Positions 56,370-64,000 of a DNA stretch of 64,000 nucleotides are shown here, one piece after another (the first letter of the stretch is position 1; each line of letters opens with the position of its first letter). Below the pieces are notes generated by a model, which saw only the letters and a program-made list of their open reading frames with translations, was not told the DNA's origin and did not search any database. Position numbers and translations under genes: made by a program. Source of the DNA: a virus (Duplodnaviria; Heunggongvirae; Uroviricota; Caudoviricetes); the IMG/VR virus record IMGVR_UViG_3300010882_000010. One strand, given 5' to 3'.

Positions 56370-57080
56370 ATGATAAATCCAAAAAATTACTTTTACTTTG
56401 ACATCGAAACAACTGGAAAACATCCTGATTATGCTACTTTTAAATTAAAAGATGAAAGAGGTGCAGGACTTTTTAAGTACAAGCAAGAAAAACAACAAAA
56501 AACTGGACATGCTGATTGGCAAAGTACAACTGAGTCATATGAAAAATTTTGTACTCTTTATTCTGAGTATGGACAAATAGTTTGCATATCAACAGCATAC
56601 ATCAAAAAAGATGGAACAATTGGAATGCAATCCATTAAAATTGATAATGTTAAAATTAATAACGAAGAAGAATTAATTAAAGAATCGGTAAAGTACTTTA
56701 AAAAGGCTCAAGAATTGGGATTAATTTTGTGTGGTTTTAATATTAAAGGATTTGATATGCCATGGCTTTTTAAGAAGATGTGTGAATATGGAGTTGAAGT
56801 TCCAGAAAATCTTAATGTTTGGAACAAAAAACCATGGGAAATTACAGCACTTGATTTAATGGAAATTTGGAGAGGACGTGGATTTGAACCTACAACTTTT
56901 GATGAAATGGCTTATGCTTTAGGAGTACCATCTCCAAAGGATGGTGATGTAAAATCTTCAAATATCCAAAAATGGTGGTGGCAACGTCAAGGTGAAGATA
57001 CGACAGAAGTTTCAAAATATTGTGAACGAGATGTAATAACACTAATCGAATGTCTTAAAAAAATTGCTAACTTAATTTAG
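56370..57080 (+). CDS. 3'-5' exonuclease (DEDDy, PolB-exo-like)
   Basis: FDIETT, GFNIKGFDMP, YCERDV. Confidence 0.9.
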   Translation: MINPKNYFYFDIETTGKHPDYATFKLKDERGAGLFKYKQEKQQKTGHADWQSTTESYEKFCTLYSEYGQIVCISTAYIKKDGTIGMQSIKIDNVKINNEEELIKESVKYFKKAQELGLILCGFNIKGFDMPWLFKKMCEYGVEVPENLNVWNKKPWEITALDLMEIWRGRGFEPTTFDEMAYALGVPSPKDGDVKSSNIQKWWWQRQGEDTTEVSKYCERDVITLIECLKKIANLI

Positions 57081-57105
57081 TTCTAATTATTGTTCAAAAC
57101 AAATC

Positions 57106-57121
57106 GGAATAAATAGTAAAA
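57106..57121 (+). promoter_or_regulatory. class A phage promoter
   Basis: GGAATAAATAGTAAAA. Confidence 0.75.
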
Positions 57122-57136
57122 AATAGTAGACAAGAT

Positions 57137-57805
57137 ATGAGTCAAGTTACAATTCAAGACATCTTAAGTTCTGACAATGTTTCAGCTTCAAGAGCAACTA
57201 TCATGAGTAATTTTAGAACTTTAGCAGATTCTGTTAATAAAATGCAACTACTTTTGGATGTAAATCAAAATGGTGGTGCTTTAACAGTAGGAGGACTAAC
57301 TTTACAAAGAAAAGCAAATCCAACAAGTGCTTTTATCCTTAATGTTGAAGCTTCTGGATCTATTGCAGGAAGATTAACAATTAACCAAAATTTAGTAGTT
57401 GGAACAAGTAATAATTTAGAATCGGTTTTTAATGAACGTCTTTCTGTAATTGGTGAATTTAAAACAGTAGGTAAAACAGTAATTGAAGGACCAATTAAAG
57501 TTGGTTCCGGTGCTATTTCTGATATCACACCAATTCAAAATAGTTTTGTTACTTTAACTTTTCCTTCTTCGGGATTGGTATCACTTTCACCGGGTATTGA
57601 AGGACAAGTTGTAATTATTAAAATAGTTTCAAGTAATGCACTAGGTATTGATTCCGGTTCGCCATTACAACGTATTGCTGATTTAACAGGTATGTCTACA
57701 CCAGGCGCAACAGAAAAAACTTTTTTAACTTGTCTTTTTATTAACGGAGTTTGGAGAGTAATTAATTCTGTAGCCCCTAATAATGTAACTATTACAATTC
57801 CATAA
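57137..57805 (+). CDS. putative virion structural (fibre-like) protein
   Basis: I...D..S.SR.TI..NF N-terminus, Gly/beta-rich body, late-type promoter. Confidence 0.55.
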   Translation: MSQVTIQDILSSDNVSASRATIMSNFRTLADSVNKMQLLLDVNQNGGALTVGGLTLQRKANPTSAFILNVEASGSIAGRLTINQNLVVGTSNNLESVFNERLSVIGEFKTVGKTVIEGPIKVGSGAISDITPIQNSFVTLTFPSSGLVSLSPGIEGQVVIIKIVSSNALGIDSGSPLQRIADLTGMSTPGATEKTFLTCLFINGVWRVINSVAPNNVTITIP

Positions 57806-57835
57806 TATTGAGAAGATTAAAATTAGAAAAATAGA

Positions 57836-60130
57836 ATGAGTGTAACACCATTCATACGTCCAATAAAAATTCAAGGTGGTAGTTTCTACACTTGTAGTTC
57901 AGCTTCCGAAGATTTAAATTACACTTTAGATACTGGAAACAAAAAGTTTAGATTTAGTAATTTTGCACTTTTGAAAATTCCGGAATTTAAAGCTTTAACA
58001 ACGGCTAATAAAGCAGATTTGTTAAATAATTCGATTCCAAAACCTAATTTTGTTCAGCTTGATTCAATAATAGGAGCAAGTTCAGCTTGGTATAAAGGTA
58101 TGCCTAATATTGTACCTAACATACAGAATAATAATGCGTTAGCAGAGAGTTTTCAAAATTATTACTACAATCTTGAAGAAATTTTAACAGATGATAGTGA
58201 GTATGATATGGAAGAAGATCGTACTATTTCGGAACGAGCTTTTTTCAAATGGTTGAAAGAAATTGGTGCTATCAGATTTAGAGAAGCCAATAATACTGAA
58301 GTTGTTGAAATTACAGATGAGCATGGACAACCTGAAAAACGTTTTGTAGAAGAAGATGAAACTTTTGATATAGGTGGAAATCCAATTTACGAAAGAGTTG
58401 TTAAGTACTTAGGTAATATCAATGTTATTAACTCAATTCGTAATCCTGAAAATTCGTTTACAGAAGTTTACGTTCATGTACCTGTTAATCATGGGCACAC
58501 AAGAGATCCATTATTTTCTTCGATTTCGGATGAAAATTATTTTGCCGGCAAAATTGTAGAAACGAGTAATTTTGGAACTGATGAAGAATACATCCAAGGT
58601 AGAAGATACAATGATGTACATCCGGCAGGTTTGAATTTTCTTGCACACTATGATTGTAAAGGAATTGGAAGTTTTAGTAAGTGTTGGTATTTAAACCCAA
58701 GTACAACTAACTTTGAAAGAGGACCATACATGAGTGGATTGTCTTTAATTGATAATCCTAATTTTAAATGGTGGTATAATCATACTTCACCTGCAGATAA
58801 TGCTTATTATATGGAACCTATTGATCTTGAAGATAGTTTTACAGATCCAAGTAATGATGTTTTTGCTATCAGTCATTTAGAAGGTCAAAATCCTAATAAT
58901 CCAGAAGACTATCAAGTAACTAAGTTTATTAGAAGTAGATTAGATGGTATTTCACTTGATTTTGATCCTGAAAATTACAAAAAGATTGCAACAAGTGTAA
59001 GAATAGAAAGTTTGGCAGAATACAATGAAAGTCATTTTGCAAGTAATTTCAGTTTTAACACAGTTTTAATTTACTATGATCTTTACAGTGTTGATGATCC
59101 TGAAGACTATACTACAAACTTGTTTGGTGTGCTTTTCTTGGATAACGTTGATTTTATTCCAGGTCAAGGTGGTATTATTCCATCAATGAACAAGTACAAG
59201 CCTAATAAAATTTTGTCACAAAATGGAAATTCATATGCTTTTCGTTTAAATATTAAGTTTGATGTTCATGCAGAAGATGCAAGTATTGAAATTAACATCA
59301 ACGACTACAATACTTTTTCATTACAACTTTATCTTGATGCTTTGACTAAGATGAAATTAATGGCAGAAAGAATTGATGATTTTGTTAATAGTTACAAAAA
59401 TCTTAGAAATGAATTAAGAGATATTAAGGATTTTTACTTTAATGGAGATTCAATTAATGAACTAAAAGCAAGAATAGACCATATTGAAAAGAAGATAACA
59501 GATTCAGAAGAAGTTTTTTTGAATAACAATAATATTGTGAACTTAATTAACAAGACATATGAAGAAGTATCTAATATCTACAAAAATGTAACATCTGTAG
59601 AGATGTCTTACAATTTAGATTTAATTAAGCAAGGTGAAGGGATTGAAATTGATAGAAGTGTAAAAAATCAAATTACATTAGCAAGTACAAGACAAGCTTT
59701 TACTCTTGGAGAAAATTCAATAGTCAGTATAGTACATGATTTTAACAATTTACCGGAAATTTACTCTTGGTATCATGTTTTGCAAAATTTTGATAATTAC
59801 TTGAGAATTAAAGATGGAGATGTAGGAGAACCTTGGAATGTTGATAAAGATATTGTAATTTACGTTAATGATAGTGTGTCAGAATGGAAAAGAGGCCAAA
59901 AACTTAGAATTTCTTTTGAAAATGGATTATTGATGAATAATACTAATGGTAATTTTAATTTTCTAATCTACTCTGACAGTCTTGATAAACTTAATTCAGG
60001 TTACAAGTACAATAAGTTAATTGGATTCATTTCAAGTAATGAGTTTAGTTTAGAAAATCGAAACAAACCAATTATTGAGTTAATTTGCGTAGATCCATTA
60101 ACTTTTGAATTTGTAGTAGATGTTTTTTAA
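57836..60130 (+). CDS. putative virion structural protein
   Basis: 764 aa, coiled-coil segment, late operon. Confidence 0.55.
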   Translation: MSVTPFIRPIKIQGGSFYTCSSASEDLNYTLDTGNKKFRFSNFALLKIPEFKALTTANKADLLNNSIPKPNFVQLDSIIGASSAWYKGMPNIVPNIQNNNALAESFQNYYYNLEEILTDDSEYDMEEDRTISERAFFKWLKEIGAIRFREANNTEVVEITDEHGQPEKRFVEEDETFDIGGNPIYERVVKYLGNINVINSIRNPENSFTEVYVHVPVNHGHTRDPLFSSISDENYFAGKIVETSNFGTDEEYIQGRRYNDVHPAGLNFLAHYDCKGIGSFSKCWYLNPSTTNFERGPYMSGLSLIDNPNFKWWYNHTSPADNAYYMEPIDLEDSFTDPSNDVFAISHLEGQNPNNPEDYQVTKFIRSRLDGISLDFDPENYKKIATSVRIESLAEYNESHFASNFSFNTVLIYYDLYSVDDPEDYTTNLFGVLFLDNVDFIPGQGGIIPSMNKYKPNKILSQNGNSYAFRLNIKFDVHAEDASIEININDYNTFSLQLYLDALTKMKLMAERIDDFVNSYKNLRNELRDIKDFYFNGDSINELKARIDHIEKKITDSEEVFLNNNNIVNLINKTYEEVSNIYKNVTSVEMSYNLDLIKQGEGIEIDRSVKNQITLASTRQAFTLGENSIVSIVHDFNNLPEIYSWYHVLQNFDNYLRIKDGDVGEPWNVDKDIVIYVNDSVSEWKRGQKLRISFENGLLMNNTNGNFNFLIYSDSLDKLNSGYKYNKLIGFISSNEFSLENRNKPIIELICVDPLTFEFVVDVF

Positions 60131-60152
60131 AATTTAAAATAATACGAACTTA

Positions 60153-63100
60153 ATGCAAACGCAGAATAGTTTTAGTGAGCTAATAGACAAATTTGTACTA
60201 TTGCAAAATAATAGTTTAAGCATAATTCAAAAGCTTAATGAAGCAATAGTTTCGGATAATGAAGAGATTTCTTTCAAGTTGTACGATATGAATGGAGAGG
60301 AAAATGAGTACAATTTTCCTTCATTTGGTTTTCTTAAAGAGTCAATGAACAGAATTGATAATACTTTAAAAAAGTTAATGGGTATTGGAGACGGTGAGTC
60401 TATTATGCAAATGCCAGATGGAACTTTTAAAAGAATAGTTACTGTAGATTTAGCAACAGAACCGGCAAATATCTTAAATTTAGTTGTACCATCTCAATTT
60501 GGTGTAAAACCTAATTGGTTTTTTGAGTCTTTTCTTAGTCCAAGTCTTCATATATCAGTAGATGTTTCAAAGTATATCCCACAATCTGGAAAGCGAATTT
60601 TAGTAAAACGAGTAATAGTTCTCGCGGATACAATTAGTCAAAAAACTTTTTTTGATGTTAATTACAAAGGAAGAAATGATATCAAACTTGAAGAACTTTA
60701 TGCAGACCTTAATAATAATGGAATACTTTATCATGAAGATGAAGAGGTAAAAGAACTTCCTCTTTCAATTTTACAGTATGAAGGCACTTTTGATGTAATT
60801 GATATCAAAGATATTAGAGTAATTGATAATGATGGAATTGAAAAAGTAACAAGACAATACTTTCTTAACAAGTTAACATACAATAATAATCTCAATAAAG
60901 TTCCTGATTCACTTAGTCTTAAAATTGGAGATACTTTAGTAGTTGAAGATACAACATACCAAGTTTCTTCTGTAGATGCTTCAATTAATGCAATTACTTT
61001 AAGACGGCTTTCAGGATATGATACAATTTCAATAGGTGCTGATATTTTAAGAGTTTATAGTAGTTTGTTTGCACCTAAAAAAGCAGATGTTGATATCAGT
61101 TTTAACGAAAGACAAGTGGTTTTCTTTAAAGCAATCGAAGAATCTAATAATATTATCTCAAAACAATGGAGTCCTGGTATTGGTATTTTTACTAATGATT
61201 TAAAAATTGTTACAACAACAGGTGAACAAGATCTTAAAACGTTCTATTACAATAATGTAATGGATTTTAGTAATATCATCATGTCAATGGCAAAGGAAAA
61301 AACAATTCCTTCAATTTATGGTGAGATTCCTGATGCACCATTCATTGATGATACTAATTTTAAGGTAGTTAGAATTAATGAGCATTTGTTTGATAGTAAA
61401 GAGCAGGAAGATATCAGTAAAAAATCAGCAGATAAAGTTAAACTAAAATCTGAAATTCAACAAATTGAAAGTTCTATTGAGTCAAACAAACAAATTCTAG
61501 GAAATACTACATTTAAAACAGAGCAAGAAAGAACATCGGTAAAGAATACTATCAATTCTTTAATAGCTGAAAAAACAGCAAAATCGGCACTTTATGATTC
61601 TTTAGTTTTAGATTTAGTAGGAATTGCAAAAGAACACAATATTGTAGTTGAAAAACCAAGATATCATATCAGAGGATTTTTTGAAATTCCAGATCCTAAA
61701 TTTAATGAAAATACAGGATTTCAAGAAGTAATTCAATTTGAGTATGCTTACCGATATTTAAGAACAGACAATAAACCAGCGAAAGCACAACAATTAGAAT
61801 TTAGAGGAAGAGGTAAACAAACAAGAAGAGGAACTTACTCACCATGGGAATACGTTAAGTCTTCTATTAGAAAACGTTACTATGATGAAATTGCTGGTAT
61901 CTACAAATGGCAAGGTGAAGAGATAGAAAATCCAGATGTTGTTAATATTAATCAAGTTGATATTCCAATTACGAAAGGAGAAAAGGTTGAAATTAGAATT
62001 AAATCATTTTCTGAAGCAGGATGGCCAATTAATCCTATTGAATCAAGATGGTCAGATACAGTTACAGTTACTTTTCCCGATGAACTTTGGGTTAATGATC
62101 CAACAGCTCTAGCTTTAGAACAAGCAAGAAATGAAGAAAGTTTTGTTAGATTTGAAGCAAGTTTAAGAGCTAAAAATGTTGATTTGCACTTATCTACATC
62201 AACGCAAACAGGTGATAGATATTTAGCACATGATGCTAACATGATAGCAAGTGGGTTTTTTGATGATTCAGGAATAATTTTGAACATGTATGAAAAGATT
62301 CAACAACTTGAAGCTGAGTTAATGGCTCTTAGAAATCAAATTGATAAGAAAAAAGGTATTTTGCAAGTTGCAATAGTTGAAGGAGAAATTAATACTATTA
62401 AAACTTTTGTAGAAAATGGAAGTACTGTAGATTTGTTTGCAGGTTACTATACTGATTACATAGATATGCTACCTCCTAATGAAAAGAAAGGTGCTATAGT
62501 TACTAAAGTTTATCGTTTGGTAATTTCAAATACTGAAAAAGCACCATTAGAATTGGTTTCTCAATTTCCTGGAGGATTAATGGATAGATTACCTGAAGTA
62601 GCAACAGAAGAAAGAACTTTAACTTTTGATAGTGAAAATACTACTTTAGAATTAGAGTCGAGTACTTTAGCAACTAATGATATTTTAATTGGGGCTACAA
62701 TTCCAATAACACATGATATTCAAACAGAAGTAATGATTGCGGGTGCACCTACTATAGTTACTTTTCCAGCTAATTCAATTCAAATTCCAGCTAATGCTAT
62801 TACAATACCATCACAAAATCTTGAATTAGCTTCTCAAAATTTAGATGTTGGATTAAATAAAATGAGAACTACAATATCTTCAGAAGATGCAGGCTCTAGG
62901 GCTACAAGAGAAGATAATGATTATTTTAATAGACGTAGATATTGGGAAGTTCCTATTAATAATTTACCATTATTAACAGAAGAAACTAAAAATTCTAATG
63001 GAATTTATGCTGGTAATGTACAATCGCGTCAATTAAGATCTCAATTCATGTACTTACGCAAAAAGAATATTGGATTAGTAACAGATCTTTACAAAGATAG

Positions 63101-64000
63101 CCCAGGATCAAGATATTTAGAACCTTCAATTACAGGTACAAGAACGGGTTCTGGAACAACTTTATCTGGATCTTCGAATGCTTTTGTGTGGGGTGGAAGT
63201 TTTAATGTTGAAGATGAAAATAATATTATTCCAGAGGGTAATGGACCTCTTAATGATTTTTGTATTCATGTTGACTGTCCAATTTTACAACCTAAAAATG
63301 GTAGTAATTGGAATTGGGAAGATACAGTACCAACAATAGATGATTTTCAAAAACCTGAAATTGATTTAGGTCCTGATGATTTACCAGTTTCTCCAATGAA
63401 AGTTGTTGCTTTTAGACATGCAGAATTTTTTAACAGACAATCAACAGAGCAAGATGGTAAAATTCAATTACAATTTAAAGATGCTTGGGATTATGAAAAA
63501 ATTAATGGACAACCAAAAACTTTTGATGAAATCACAGAAGAAAAAGAATATCAATACCAAGATAAATTAGGATTTTATCCTCATGATAGATGGTTAATTG
63601 GTAAAAATACTTGCGGATGTTATCTTTTTGCAGCACCTTCTTATTTTGATCAATTATTAGTAGATGGAACAGATTTTAGAGCAACAAAAAATGTTGAATT
63701 TGGAGAGAATAAAGCAATAGTAGTTCCAATTATTTTTCAATATCGTATGGTAGATTTTTATGGTGAAGGGAATAATCCAAATAGTGGAATAATCGGAGGA
63801 TATACTACAGATAATACTAAATCAACTAATATTCAAAATATCATCTATGAAAAGAAATTAGGTATTGATATTAATATTAAAGATGAACCGATGTTTTCAT
63901 TTGATATTGGAGTTTCTTCAAAATATTCTAAAAAGACACAAGCAGAAAAAGTAGAGACTGTTGTAAATTTAGGACAACAATTAACTACTTTACAAGTTGA
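60153..64000 (+). CDS. large putative structural protein, truncated by window end (>1280 aa; missing from the ORF track)
   Basis: ATG 60153 (MQTQNSFSELIDKF...); the same frame reads open at the window end (...VNLGQQLTTLQV). Confidence 0.75.
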   Translation, partial: MQTQNSFSELIDKFVLLQNNSLSIIQKLNEAIVSDNEEISFKLYDMNGEENEYNFPSFGFLKESMNRIDNTLKKLMGIGDGESIMQMPDGTFKRIVTVDLATEPANILNLVVPSQFGVKPNWFFESFLSPSLHISVDVSKYIPQSGKRILVKRVIVLADTISQKTFFDVNYKGRNDIKLEELYADLNNNGILYHEDEEVKELPLSILQYEGTFDVIDIKDIRVIDNDGIEKVTRQYFLNKLTYNNNLNKVPDSLSLKIGDTLVVEDTTYQVSSVDASINAITLRRLSGYDTISIGADILRVYSSLFAPKKADVDISFNERQVVFFKAIEESNNIISKQWSPGIGIFTNDLKIVTTTGEQDLKTFYYNNVMDFSNIIMSMAKEKTIPSIYGEIPDAPFIDDTNFKVVRINEHLFDSKEQEDISKKSADKVKLKSEIQQIESSIESNKQILGNTTFKTEQERTSVKNTINSLIAEKTAKSALYDSLVLDLVGIAKEHNIVVEKPRYHIRGFFEIPDPKFNENTGFQEVIQFEYAYRYLRTDNKPAKAQQLEFRGRGKQTRRGTYSPWEYVKSSIRKRYYDEIAGIYKWQGEEIENPDVVNINQVDIPITKGEKVEIRIKSFSEAGWPINPIESRWSDTVTVTFPDELWVNDPTALALEQARNEESFVRFEASLRAKNVDLHLSTSTQTGDRYLAHDANMIASGFFDDSGIILNMYEKIQQLEAELMALRNQIDKKKGILQVAIVEGEINTIKTFVENGSTVDLFAGYYTDYIDMLPPNEKKGAIVTKVYRLVISNTEKAPLELVSQFPGGLMDRLPEVATEERTLTFDSENTTLELESSTLATNDILIGATIPITHDIQTEVMIAGAPTIVTFPANSIQIPANAITIPSQNLELASQNLDVGLNKMRTTISSEDAGSRATREDNDYFNRRRYWEVPINNLPLLTEETKNSNGIYAGNVQSRQLRSQFMYLRKKNIGLVTDLYKDSPGSRYLEPSITGTRTGSGTTLSGSSNAFVWGGSFNVEDENNIIPEGNGPLNDFCIHVDCPILQPKNGSNWNWEDTVPTIDDFQKPEIDLGPDDLPVSPMKVVAFRHAEFFNRQSTEQDGKIQLQFKDAWDYEKINGQPKTFDEITEEKEYQYQDKLGFYPHDRWLIGKNTCGCYLFAAPSYFDQLLVDGTDFRATKNVEFGENKAIVVPIIFQYRMVDFYGEGNNPNSGIIGGYTTDNTKSTNIQNIIYEKKLGIDINIKDEPMFSFDIGVSSKYSKKTQAEKVETVVNLGQQLTTLQV

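Noticed and set aside
3789-62287. Short alternative-frame and antisense ORFs in the track (e.g. 6205, 15445, 31755, 50182, 61952)
   Set aside because: Nested within longer motif-bearing genes, no promoter motif, no recognisable domains
1-64000. Stop-codon reassignment (code 15/4) as in some large gut phages
   Set aside because: Long genes are intact in code 11, and TAG/TGA end genes at natural boundaries (e.g. 1391, 3353, 4682, 56183)
63998-64000. Final TGA as the stop of the last gene
   Set aside because: Out of frame with ATG 60153; the gene continues beyond the window

Overview
AT-rich, gene-dense 64 kb segment of a large T4-like (myovirus, probably jumbo) phage genome in the standard genetic code, almost all on the + strand. 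The host is possibly Bacteroidota, inferred only from near-absent Shine-Dalgarno sites and a lipoprotein. It carries replication genes (RNase H-like 5'-3' exonuclease, clamp-loader-like subunit, 3'-5' exonuclease, dNMP kinase), packaging and virion genes (small and large terminase, gp13/gp14-like neck, gp5/gp6/gp7/gp27/gp53-like baseplate), three GIY-YIG endonucleases, a solo TnpB, and accessory enzymes (Hsp20, S1-domain protein, amidoligase, ATP-grasp, CEO-synthase-like dehydrogenase, GT2, GNAT). Most notable: (1) a DNA amino-methyltransferase split in two, with one SAM-binding half and two different catalytic/TRD halves; (2) a Ro60/TROVE-like vWA (DUF2828-type) gene preceded by two tandem structured RNA units and split by an antisense endonuclease; (3) a terminase rebuilt by an atypically split intein; (4) about ten proteins with a T4 capsid-targeting-like N-terminus; (5) two phage promoter classes, including a perfect 36-bp inverted-repeat divergent promoter. 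All family calls come from reading motifs by eye; no database searches were run.
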